The notes under the pieces: generated by a model
What the model saw: the letters and a program-made list of their open reading frames with translations, nothing else
Database searches by the model: none
Told to the model about the DNA's origin: nothing
Shown: one piece after another, positions 30,526 through 39,885 of the stretch
How the letters are laid out: every line of letters starts with the position of its first letter
How positions within the stretch are numbered: position 1 is the stretch's first letter
Assembly (NCBI GenBank): GCA_963722255.1
Contig: CAVRJO010000002.1
Location: 448,001 to 512,000, forward strand
Reading direction: 5' to 3'
DNA length: 64,000 bases
Source of the DNA: Candidatus Babeliales bacterium
Lineage (GTDB): Bacteria; Babelota; Babeliae; Babelales; JANWKD01
Translations under genes and position numbers: made by a program

Positions 30526-31509
30526 ATGAAACATAGTAAAGGGAGAGAAACAATGAAACATTTAAAAATAATAGCACTACTGCTCATTGTAATAAGTCAG
30601 ACGTTTATGCTGCAATCAGCATATCGAAGAGCTGGAGCAACGGGAGCACGAGGCTACTTTTCAAGAACAGGTGGTGCAGCAAGATCATTAACAACCGAAA
30701 CTGGCGCGATATCAAGAACACCAATAACGTGCCCAAACGTCGGTTCCCGATCATTTATGAGCGGACGTTTTCCGGAAACACCCTTAAGAGTTAGAGCTTA
30801 TAAATTTGGAAAACAAGCTGGTGAACAGGCTCGTGAATTTGCCGGGAAACATCGTGGAAAATTGTGGGTTGCTGGTACAGCCGGTGCTGGATATGGGGCT
30901 GGAAAGGCAATACAAAAACATCAAGAAAATGCCGCTCGAGCTCAAATCTATTTAGGTAGTTTTGAAGACTTGATAAATTCATATAATAAAGAAAGAGATG
31001 AAGCGGAAATGATTGAGCTTATTAAAGACTTACAGGAAGTGGGCGGAATCAATACAGGAAATGAGCCCTGGGGACATACGCTTCTTAGAATGGTAATTGA
31101 GGCTAATAGGTTAACAGAAGCTGATAGAGAGGCGATTCTTACATTGGCTATTGAACATGGCGCTCGACCAAAAGAAGTTGAACTTAAAAAAGCATTAGGT
31201 TTAACAGAATATGAGTCTATACCATATGAACGAAGTGGACTTTATAAATTAAACCCTAAGAATAACGTCTTGAAGATTATTTTACCACTTTATGATCAAA
31301 AAACATCGTTGAAGATTATTGACTTGGCTAAAGCTAGAATCAGTAATATTAAGCATGATGTAAGATATCAATCAGAAGAATCGAAAAAAAGAGCACTATC
31401 TACTATAGAAACCTTTAGAGAACTAAAAAATATTGCAGAAGAAAATCTTAATAAACGTAGATTACGCAGCTTAGCAACAACAGGAAAAGAGGAAGCTGAA
31501 TTAAAATAA
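30526..31509 (+). CDS. Secreted protein: R/G/S-rich N-region, G/A-rich hydrophobic segment, ankyrin-like repeat
   Basis: GHTLLRMVI...LAIEHGA; alternative start at 30553. Confidence 0.75.
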   Translation: MKHSKGRETMKHLKIIALLLIVISQTFMLQSAYRRAGATGARGYFSRTGGAARSLTTETGAISRTPITCPNVGSRSFMSGRFPETPLRVRAYKFGKQAGEQAREFAGKHRGKLWVAGTAGAGYGAGKAIQKHQENAARAQIYLGSFEDLINSYNKERDEAEMIELIKDLQEVGGINTGNEPWGHTLLRMVIEANRLTEADREAILTLAIEHGARPKEVELKKALGLTEYESIPYERSGLYKLNPKNNVLKIILPLYDQKTSLKIIDLAKARISNIKHDVRYQSEESKKRALSTIETFRELKNIAEENLNKRRLRSLATTGKEEAELK

Positions 31510-31574
31510 GCAATTTATATTAAGAAATTATATTTTATTAACCATTAGTTAAAAAAATTGGTGAGAGAGAAACA

Positions 31575-32384
31575 ATGAAACATAGTAAAGGGAGAGAAAC
31601 AATGAAACATTTAAAAATAATAGCACTACTGCTCATAGTAATGAGTCAGACGTTTATGCTGCAATCAGCATATCGAAGAGCTGGCGCAACCGCAACGCGT
31701 GGCTACTTTTCAAGAACAAGCGGTGCAGCAAGATCATTAACAACCGAAACTGGCGCGATATCAAGAACACCAGTAAGTTGCCCTAATGTAGGTCGAGCAT
31801 TCGGTCCATCTTCATTTGGTAGCAAAGCGCGTACATTAGGAACTCAAGCTCGTGAATTTGCGGGCAGACATCGTGGAAAACTATGGGCTACTGGAGCTGC
31901 AGCAGGTGCTGCCGGAGCTGTCGCTGCAGGCTATGGCATTAGAAAAGGAATTTCTGAAAAAGAAATGGAAGATAATGTATTGAAACTGATTTCCACGACC
32001 GATTTATCCGATTCTGAAAAAGTAGATATGCTTAAGACTTACATACCACATTTCTCTTCATTTAATGAAGAAACTTTACGAGAGTTGAAACGTTTAGCAC
32101 AGGTAAATATTAATTCTCTAACCAATGACTTAAACTATTTGGAATCAAGGGCACTAGGAAATTTTAGAGCATACCTGCTTTTAACTGAGTACACTGATGA
32201 TCCAAACTATGAAGAATCAATTAATAATAAACTAAACGAAAAAAAAGAATCAATTGAAGCTGATAAAAAACGTATAAAAGCACAACTATCTTCATGGAGA
32301 GAATTAAAAAATAGTGTTAATGAAAATCTTAAGATAAAATTATATCCAAATTTATATTCAAAAAAAGAGTTTCAATTAAAATAA
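31575..32384 (+). CDS. Paralog of the 30526 gene with a different coiled-coil C-terminus
   Basis: Upstream region and first ~70 codons nearly identical to the 30526 gene. Confidence 0.75.
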   Translation: MKHSKGRETMKHLKIIALLLIVMSQTFMLQSAYRRAGATATRGYFSRTSGAARSLTTETGAISRTPVSCPNVGRAFGPSSFGSKARTLGTQAREFAGRHRGKLWATGAAAGAAGAVAAGYGIRKGISEKEMEDNVLKLISTTDLSDSEKVDMLKTYIPHFSSFNEETLRELKRLAQVNINSLTNDLNYLESRALGNFRAYLLLTEYTDDPNYEESINNKLNEKKESIEADKKRIKAQLSSWRELKNSVNENLKIKLYPNLYSKKEFQLK

Positions 32385-32398
32385 CAAAACTTTAAAAT

Positions 32399-32436
32399 AA
32401 TAAACTCTTCCTATAAAATTTTAGGAAGAGTTTATT
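32399..32436. terminator. Bidirectional terminator-like hairpin
   Basis: aataaactcttccta...taggaagagtttatt between convergent genes. Confidence 0.75.
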
Positions 32437-33222
32437 TTAGTACTGACCTAAGCTACCACGTTTTTTTGCAATCTTTTCACAATAAACAAACAAGAATAAA
32501 CCGCCTAAAAAATATAACGCTGAATTGAGCACTAAAAAAATAAGTTTCCCGTTATGCATAAGCATTGCTAATGATTGTCCTTCAAAGATAACATTGCGCA
32601 GTACAATGATTCCTTCAGCAGTGGGAAGCGTGTGAGCAATTTTTTGTATCCAAAAAGGTAACTGTTCAATAGGGAGCATTGAACCGCTCACATAGAAAAG
32701 TAGATTATCAATCAAATCTATAAGCCCGGCAACATTTTTATACAATAATGCCATTCCGGCAATACAAAGACCAAATCCAATAAGACCAATTAAAATAATA
32801 ATAAGTACAGGCAAAGCTGCTATTTGTAAGGGTATGTAAATAGAGCACACGATACTAATAATAAAAGTCATAGCAGCAATCATGAGCGTAGAAGAGACAA
32901 TGGTTGAAATACTCGCACCAATAAAAATCAGAGCAGGATGAACCGGACTCATATACATCTGTTCAAGCGTCCCACTTCTTCCTTCAAGCGTTAAAATTAA
33001 ACTTACTTTCAAAATATAAGACGAATAAACCCAAACAATATACCCAATTAAGGATGGCCCAAACTCTTCCAAATTAGTATTTCCATAATTCATAAGCAAA
33101 GCCGTACCTAAAAAATAGATGCCCAAGGTAATGAATTCACTCACAACATTAAATTTATAATGCCAAGTAACGAGCAATCCTTTTCGAATTTCGTTCAAAA
33201 TTACAAGCAATGCTGTTTTCAT
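32437..33222 (-). CDS. ABC-2 type exporter permease
   Basis: EGRSGTLEQMYMSP, SG...P...LP.W....A..LP. Confidence 0.85.
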   Translation of the reverse strand: MKTALLVILNEIRKGLLVTWHYKFNVVSEFITLGIYFLGTALLMNYGNTNLEEFGPSLIGYIVWVYSSYILKVSLILTLEGRSGTLEQMYMSPVHPALIFIGASISTIVSSTLMIAAMTFIISIVCSIYIPLQIAALPVLIIILIGLIGFGLCIAGMALLYKNVAGLIDLIDNLLFYVSGSMLPIEQLPFWIQKIAHTLPTAEGIIVLRNVIFEGQSLAMLMHNGKLIFLVLNSALYFLGGLFLFVYCEKIAKKRGSLGQY

Positions 33223-33228
33223 CTCTAC

Positions 33229-34176
33229 TTAGTTTTGACTTATGAGTTGAACAAATACTTCTTCTAAATTATTAGTAACTTTTGCAAATGAAACTAACGA
33301 TAATCCAGTGGCTTTAATTTTCTCAATCACAGAATAAAACTCCTGCGCTGTAGATAGTTTTCCGGAGAATACTGTTTTATCATTTTGTTGATCGATAGTA
33401 AATCCGAACTGTGAAAAAAAGTTTGCTTGTTCTCCATTAAGCAATCCTTCTACTTTGATCTGATAATATTCTTGATTAAAAAGAGTAAGAAACTCTTGAA
33501 GAGGTTTATAGGCAATCAAACGACCTTTATTAATCAAAGCAATCTGCCCACATAGCTGTTCTGCTATATCAAGCTGATGCGTAGTGATCACGATAGTTCT
33601 ACCTTGCTCCTGAGCAAGCTTTATAATCCAGTTTTTTACCGTACGTGCAGCCTGAACATCAAGTCCGAGCGTAGGTTCATCAAAAAGAACGATTGATGGA
33701 TTTGCAATCAAGGCGCATGCTATAGCAACCTTTTGCTGTGTACCGCGAGAAAAATCCCCTACAAGATCAAAACGGCAATCCCAAATTTCCAAATCATGTA
33801 GTAACATAAGCGCACGATCATACAATTCTTTACCAAAGTATCCTTTAAGACGTCCATAATAGAGAAGATTTTCTAGAGGGCTCAACTGCCAATAAATGTT
33901 TCGAGCACCCTCCAAAACAACCCCTATCTGATGCATGGCATTATAGCGATGAGTATTAATATCAAAACCATTCAGACGTATCGAACCATGTGTTTGCGTT
34001 ATCAAACCGCAAATCATTTTAAGAATCGTGGTTTTACCTGCCCCATTTGGTCCCAAAAATCCAAAAACTTGTCCCTCGTTAATGGTGATATCTAATGAAT
34101 CAACGGCCTTGAACTCTTCTTTAGTTCCCTGCTCGAAGATTTTACTTACTTTCTTTAACTCGATGGCAACAGCCAC
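33229..34176 (-). CDS. ABC exporter ATP-binding protein
   Basis: GPNGAGKTT, FSRGTQQK, LFDEPTLGLD. Confidence 0.92.
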   Translation of the reverse strand: MAVAIELKKVSKIFEQGTKEEFKAVDSLDITINEGQVFGFLGPNGAGKTTILKMICGLITQTHGSIRLNGFDINTHRYNAMHQIGVVLEGARNIYWQLSPLENLLYYGRLKGYFGKELYDRALMLLHDLEIWDCRFDLVGDFSRGTQQKVAIACALIANPSIVLFDEPTLGLDVQAARTVKNWIIKLAQEQGRTIVITTHQLDIAEQLCGQIALINKGRLIAYKPLQEFLTLFNQEYYQIKVEGLLNGEQANFFSQFGFTIDQQNDKTVFSGKLSTAQEFYSVIEKIKATGLSLVSFAKVTNNLEEVFVQLISQN

Positions 34177-34431
34177 AATTCCCCCAACATGTTAATCTAT
34201 TCACATCAGTTAGCAAACTCATGCAAATTCTGCATGATTCACTGTCAGTATGACTTGATTTTTTTATATAAAACAAGATTCACAAGAGATACTCACAAAA
34301 TTAGCTCTTATGTTCTCTACTTATTTAATGAGATATAGGATATAGAGTAATCAATACTATTGCAAAAGATTTGTTTATTTCTCATTTTTATCTCAATATA
34401 TTGCATATCAGAAAATAAAAAATCCATTATT

Positions 34432-35220
34432 TTAAGGCACGTAGGTTTTTAAACGATTTAACCAACCGGGCATCCATCGTTTTTCATTGGATTCGATTGG
34501 CGCATACGCTATACGTGTTTCCAATACTTCTTGTGCGCAACGAGAAAATTCTTGCAAGGCAGCAGAACCTGGAGCAGCTCCCTTCATTTTTTCTAAAACC
34601 TGCAAAAGCCCCCAACGACATCCTTTATATTGCTCATGCGCTACAATGCCTTCTCCCTTAAAATTAATATAATCAATTAAAGCATAAAAGCCACCTGGAG
34701 ATTGAGCAATACGATAAAACTGTTTTTTTATCTGCTCATGTTGAGCTAAAGGAAGACTTTTAAGCATCGTAGGAAGCGCCTGATTCAAGCGCTGAATAAT
34801 AAAGGTCGTCTGTAGATCAATAGTATCAGCCAAAAAGTTCCGTAAATCCTGCATCGGCTTTGATGAAAAGTTTTTCAAAAACTCTTCCCGGGATTCCCAT
34901 GGACATGCTTTAGATCCTTTTTTTAAAATTCCTACAGGAAGTTTTTTCCCATGTCGTTCAAGAAAAACTACAAGCGAAGGAAATGTCTCTTTAAAAACAC
35001 CCTTCTTATCCTTTGGATACCAAATAAAATGGCCAATACCTAAAGAAGCAAATGCTTCGCCTTCATTCCATGAGGTAAGACCATCTCTCTTTCCCCCACA
35101 TTCATTTTTCCAAATCTTTTGTCCAATAATTTCTGCTTCTTTTGGAGAAACATATCCAGCTAAAAGAGCTGATGAGAAAAATATACAAAAGGTTAGTATG
35201 AAAACTATTCTATAATTCAT
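34432..35220 (-). CDS. Secreted conserved hypothetical protein, possible lysozyme-like fold
   Basis: Signal peptide; IWKNE...SLGIGHFIW; GWLNRL C-terminus. Confidence 0.55.
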   Translation of the reverse strand: MNYRIVFILTFCIFFSSALLAGYVSPKEAEIIGQKIWKNECGGKRDGLTSWNEGEAFASLGIGHFIWYPKDKKGVFKETFPSLVVFLERHGKKLPVGILKKGSKACPWESREEFLKNFSSKPMQDLRNFLADTIDLQTTFIIQRLNQALPTMLKSLPLAQHEQIKKQFYRIAQSPGGFYALIDYINFKGEGIVAHEQYKGCRWGLLQVLEKMKGAAPGSAALQEFSRCAQEVLETRIAYAPIESNEKRWMPGWLNRLKTYVP

Positions 35221-35296
35221 TGTTACCTCTTACGTTAATTCCTGACACCAGCATATCATAAATTAAATTAAAAAATAAATATATTACAAAATGAAA

Positions 35297-36166
35297 TTAT
35301 TTAAAATGATTTGTTCTTGCTTTATAAAGCGCTAAAGAATCGATAGCATCTAATAACTTTAGGTCTTTTGCCTCTTTTTTACTCTGCCAATATGCTTCAC
35401 AATGAATGCTAAGATTCGGAATGCAATAACCATTAAAGTTAAGCCAACTAAACAGTCCGGTTAATCCAACCACACTTCCCAAAAATACGTTTCCCGTTGC
35501 GCATAATGCAAGACTCCCACCGGTACAAATTCCCGAACCATAGGCACAAGTTGAATCACCAAACTTTACGCAGTTTTCCTTAAATGAAGATTTTTTGTTC
35601 CATTGGCGCATCCATTCTAAGAGCGTAATTCTTGATGCCATCCATAATTTAGGTGCATCAGAGAGCTCTTGGAAATTGTCATTAAAATAGTTTGTTTGCT
35701 CTTTTGATAATATTTTTTCAACAGCATCTGCCAAAGCATTATGATCAATAGCTACACGACTAAAAAGATCATACATTTCAAAAGATTTTTCACTAAACGC
35801 AGCTAATGCTGTATCAATAGTAGCATCTTCTTCTAAAGATCTATAAACATTTTCAATATCACTACTTCCATTTTCTTCTACAAATTCTGAATACTCATCA
35901 AATTCAAAATAATAACCATATAGATGCGGCACGTACTTATTCATACGCATTGGAAATTCAAGAGTCTTTTGATAAAGGCTTAATTGGCCATTGTGTTTTG
36001 AAAGATCAGCGCAACTTTTATGAATCACTACCATCGTAGCTATGTGATATACCAATAAGCCATAATTTTTTTGATTAAGAGGAACATCTTCAACAGCGAT
36101 CTCTTTTTCCATCGAAAAAAGTGAACAACTAAACGTCAACAATACAACACATACAAGTTTTTTCAT
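35297..36166 (-). CDS. Secreted hypothetical protein with C-terminal TM hairpin (paralog of 36342)
   Basis: Shares FNDNFQELxDAPKLWMASR with 36342-37169. Confidence 0.75.
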   Translation of the reverse strand: MKKLVCVVLLTFSCSLFSMEKEIAVEDVPLNQKNYGLLVYHIATMVVIHKSCADLSKHNGQLSLYQKTLEFPMRMNKYVPHLYGYYFEFDEYSEFVEENGSSDIENVYRSLEEDATIDTALAAFSEKSFEMYDLFSRVAIDHNALADAVEKILSKEQTNYFNDNFQELSDAPKLWMASRITLLEWMRQWNKKSSFKENCVKFGDSTCAYGSGICTGGSLALCATGNVFLGSVVGLTGLFSWLNFNGYCIPNLSIHCEAYWQSKKEAKDLKLLDAIDSLALYKARTNHFK

Positions 36167-36251
36167 ATACAACTCCTTCTAGCAAGCAGTGAAACACTCA
36201 AGACATGGTAATGAAAAAGTATACTAATTTCAAGTTTGGTCTATAGTCGAC

Positions 36252-36325
36252 TCATCTTTTAGGATAAATGCCAATTCTATGCAATGTTTTATCAACCGAA
36301 GCAAAGTCAAAGTTATGACAATGAA
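36252..36325 (-). pseudogene. Stranded 3' end of the HAD gene 37387-38232
   Basis: Encodes HCHNFDFASVDKTLHRIGIYPKR*; five substitutions vs 37390-37457, all synonymous. Confidence 0.88.
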
Positions 36326-36341
36326 ATCAATGATCAGTGGT

Positions 36342-37169
36342 TTAATTGTTAGTATAACAAGCTAAGGAATCTATTGCTGCTGATAATTTTAAGTCTCTCT
36401 CTTCTCTTTTATTCTGCCAATATTCTGCGCAATTAAAATTTAAATCCTGAATACAATGTCCTTTGAAATTCAAACATGTTGATATCCCCGTAAGCACCAT
36501 AATGGCTCCGAACAAAAAATTCCCACTCGTACATGATGCAATACCTAAACCAGTGCAAACTCCTGGACCATAGGACGTAGCATGATCACAAAACTCTGCA
36601 CTTTTTTCGAAGAATGGGTGTTCCTTATTAACATGCCGCATCCATTCAAGCAGTGCCATTCGAGAAGCCATCCAAAGCTTTGGTGCATCAGTTAACTCTT
36701 GGAAATTGTCATTAAAAAACTCTATTTGCTCTTTTGTTAACATCTCTTTCACAGACTCTTCTAACTGTTTATAATCAATATTTTTACCAGAATAAGCATC
36801 ACGCGCTTCAAACGAACGTTTACAATAGGTATCCAAAACTGCCTCTAAATCATTATCTTCTTCTAATGCTCGAGCTACAGACCTTATGTCACTTTGACCA
36901 TATTTTTTAATAAAACTTTTATACTCTAATTCAGGTAGAGGATGCTTGCACATACATGCCGGAAAAGTAATCACTTTCTGACAACACATAAAACTAACAT
37001 TTCTCATATAAAAATTTGATTTACTTGTATGAATAACCACCATTGCTGCTATATGGTGCGACAATACTTTATCAGTTTCATTAAGAAAAACTTCGGCCGA
37101 AACATCTTCTTCCATTGAAAATAATGATCCACTAAAAATCAATAGCAAACCAAATACCATTTTTTTCAT
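36342..37169 (-). CDS. Secreted hypothetical protein (paralog of 35297)
   Basis: Signal LFS|ME; shared motifs with the 35297 gene. Confidence 0.75.
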   Translation of the reverse strand: MKKMVFGLLLIFSGSLFSMEEDVSAEVFLNETDKVLSHHIAAMVVIHTSKSNFYMRNVSFMCCQKVITFPACMCKHPLPELEYKSFIKKYGQSDIRSVARALEEDNDLEAVLDTYCKRSFEARDAYSGKNIDYKQLEESVKEMLTKEQIEFFNDNFQELTDAPKLWMASRMALLEWMRHVNKEHPFFEKSAEFCDHATSYGPGVCTGLGIASCTSGNFLFGAIMVLTGISTCLNFKGHCIQDLNFNCAEYWQNKREERDLKLSAAIDSLACYTNN

Positions 37170-37267
37170 TATCTACCTCATTTGTATATAATTTTTCTAA
37201 GGCAATACTAAAAAAAATGTTTATTAATTGCAAGATTCTTGTAAATGAAAGGTTAAATTTTTATAAG

Positions 37268-37310
37268 CCTGGATTCCTACGCATTCACAAGGTGAATGCT
37301 CAGAATGACA
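37268..37310 (-). repeat. REP-like unit
   Basis: Reverse complement tgtcattctgagc...ggaatccaggc. Confidence 0.6.
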
Positions 37311-37386
37311 TACTTGATAATGTTCTGCCACTCAACAATTTTAATGCTCATTAAGTATGGTCAACTCAATCCATACAATTCACAAA

Positions 37387-38232
37387 TCATTTTGGATAAA
37401 TGCCAATTCTATGCAATGTTTTATCAACTGAAGCAAAATCAAAATTGTGACAATGAATGCATTTTAGGAACTTTTTATTAAGCGACCGCGCTGCACTAAT
37501 ATTAGATTTTTCATCATCGATAAAGAAGGTCAATTCACTATCAGGATCAATGTCAAAATAGTCAAATGCGTATTCAAAAATTTCTTTTCCAGGCTTCATA
37601 CAACCTGCATGGCCTGAAACAACAATGCCATCACACAAATCTAAAAATTTTTTAATTTCCTTGTTTTCAAATAAAAGAAGAAATGATTCAGCATCCCAAT
37701 TACTTATAATAAAAATTTTATGCATACGATTACCATCTTTGTCTCTTTGCTTGTAACACTTCTTTAATATTTTTACACCCTTTTTTAAAGGAACAATTAC
37801 GCGTACAAAGTGCTCTGGCGTAAAAATAAAGTTTGCAATAGCGTGTAAGAGTTTAACTTTACGCTGACTATCAATTGCCGGAGCCAGTTCATTGAGTTTT
37901 TGGATAACAATTTCTCGAACCTGCTGTGCTGTAAGAAGACCCATATGAAAATCACACATAATTTGCGGTAAAAGCCTGTTTTTATGCATAGCACGAGGAG
38001 TTCCTTCTCGTGGCGGAACTAAAGAATTAAGAAAATCAAAGAAAGTATCTTCAATATGAGCAGGATTAAAAAAACCAAAAAATTTTGTAGGACCAATATG
38101 CCAAAAACTGCCCGATTGAGTTACTAAAACACCATTCATATCAAAAATAATGTTGGCAGAAAATAGATTCCCTATACCGAGAATTATGGCAAACAATAGT
38201 ATAAATTTATTTTTTATTTGAAATATATTCAC
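37387..38232 (-). CDS. HAD-family hydrolase with a signal-like N-terminus
   Basis: IIFDMNGVL, ISNW, MKP..EIF, FFIDDE..N. Confidence 0.85.
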   Translation of the reverse strand: MNIFQIKNKFILLFAIILGIGNLFSANIIFDMNGVLVTQSGSFWHIGPTKFFGFFNPAHIEDTFFDFLNSLVPPREGTPRAMHKNRLLPQIMCDFHMGLLTAQQVREIVIQKLNELAPAIDSQRKVKLLHAIANFIFTPEHFVRVIVPLKKGVKILKKCYKQRDKDGNRMHKIFIISNWDAESFLLLFENKEIKKFLDLCDGIVVSGHAGCMKPGKEIFEYAFDYFDIDPDSELTFFIDDEKSNISAARSLNKKFLKCIHCHNFDFASVDKTLHRIGIYPK

Positions 38233-38368
38233 AAAAAATCCTTTTTAAAAATAACATCCAATACAGTATAAGCATAACGTATTTTAATAAAAAGAATATT
38301 ATTAACGGTATATTGTATGTCAAAATAGTTTATTAAAAAAATGCTTTTATAGTGATACTCTACTAAGG

Positions 38369-39130
38369 TTATAAGATCCCTTTTTTCTTAATAAGAGAAT
38401 GTAAAGCTGAAGGTTTTACGCAATGAATAGTTTCCATACCAAGGCCCTGTGCTGCTTTAATATTTTCAATTTGATCATCAATAAAACAACAATCACGGGG
38501 ATTGAGGCCATACTTAGTAAAGAGATAATCAAAAATAGCAACGTCAGGCTTTAAAAAATGGCTATAACAAGAGGTTACAATACCATCAAAATTGCTAAAA
38601 ATGTCCTTATGCAAAGCTTCTAAGCCATCAATAGTTTCTTTATCGATATTAGATAAAATATATAATTTATAGGTTCCACTCTTTCTGAGCTTTTGTATTA
38701 AATTCACGGTTGATTTAATAGGCTTAAAAGCATCTAAACTTTTTTCGGAATTAAATAAATCATACAATAACTCAAAAAGAATCTTTTTATGCTGACTATT
38801 CTTAAAATAGTTCTGTGTATCAAGATGAGTAAAATAATCACGAATTTGTTCAAATGCTTGTGCTGCCGAAATCAATCCTTGATTCCACTGAACAAAACAA
38901 AGAGGCAAATAGGTACCTTTATAACCAACTATTTCCTGATATTGCCCCGGCACTTCTTTGCGCATTTTATCAAGAATCATTATTCCTTCATCAACAGGAT
39001 TCTTTCTTTGTTTCAAAAAGTATACAAGCAGGTCCTTGCTTGCTATATTACGCATTATTTTCATCTTATGAATAGCAAATATAACACCTGTCAAATCAAA
39101 AACAAAGACATTAATTGGGGGTGAGCTCAT
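38369..39130 (-). CDS. HAD-family phosphatase
   Basis: FVFDLTGV, LSN, LKPD..IF, FIDDQ.EN. Confidence 0.88.
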   Translation of the reverse strand: MSSPPINVFVFDLTGVIFAIHKMKIMRNIASKDLLVYFLKQRKNPVDEGIMILDKMRKEVPGQYQEIVGYKGTYLPLCFVQWNQGLISAAQAFEQIRDYFTHLDTQNYFKNSQHKKILFELLYDLFNSEKSLDAFKPIKSTVNLIQKLRKSGTYKLYILSNIDKETIDGLEALHKDIFSNFDGIVTSCYSHFLKPDVAIFDYLFTKYGLNPRDCCFIDDQIENIKAAQGLGMETIHCVKPSALHSLIKKKGIL

Positions 39131-39499
39131 TGCGCATCTTTCTTTTATTGCACAAATTGTTTTTTTTCTAGAATACTACAAAGATTATAAAAGCAATAGA
39201 CCCCGCACTATCTCTTCTCATGCCCCCAAATGCATCCTGGTTAGATAAAATACTGCAGTTACTGCTGCAATCTTTAAGATAAAAATTATAGATTTATTCT
39301 TTTTCATAACCCTAACCCCTCTCGTTAATTTTTAATTTTAATTACAAATTGATTATAAAAAAAATTACTATAAAAAGTATAGAGTTTTAACAATTAAGCT
39401 ATTTACCTATCTTAAATACCTTAACCTAAATATGGCCCTGCGCCAGCCGGCACAGGGCCATATTTTGATAATAATTTTCAAATTCGGTATCATAGAGAT

Positions 39500-39883
39500 A
39501 TGAATCTTTATGAAAAAAACCTTATCAATCATTATCATAATCCAAAAAATTACGGAACTCTTAATCAGCCTCATTTTGTCATTGAAGAGTATAATCCTTC
39601 CTGCGGCGATCGCATCACCATACAAGGACAAATTACAAATTCCGTTATACAAGAGCTGCGATTTACCGCCGAAGGCTGCATTATTAGCAAAGCGACAGCT
39701 TCGCTTTTAACGCAAAATTGCATAGGCAAATCGATCGAATTTGGATCCTCATTAACCAATGAAGATATTCTTAATCTCATTGGGATTTCACTAGGTCCCT
39801 TACGCCTTAAATGCGCGTTAATGCCTTTACAAGCACTTAAATGCGGCCTTGCAAAGTACACCCAAAAAAATAGAGAAAAGTAG
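39500..39883 (+). CDS. Fe-S scaffold/sulfur-transfer protein (SufU/IscU-type)
   Basis: HY.NPKNYG, NPSCGD, GC.IS.A.AS, RLKCA. Confidence 0.9.
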   Translation: MNLYEKNLINHYHNPKNYGTLNQPHFVIEEYNPSCGDRITIQGQITNSVIQELRFTAEGCIISKATASLLTQNCIGKSIEFGSSLTNEDILNLIGISLGPLRLKCALMPLQALKCGLAKYTQKNREK

Positions 39884-39885
39884 CT

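Noticed and set aside
39217..39306. Small minus-strand ORF MKKNKSIIFILKIAAVTAVFYL... with a possible RBS
   Set aside because: Only 29 codons with no homology evidence; may be a remnant
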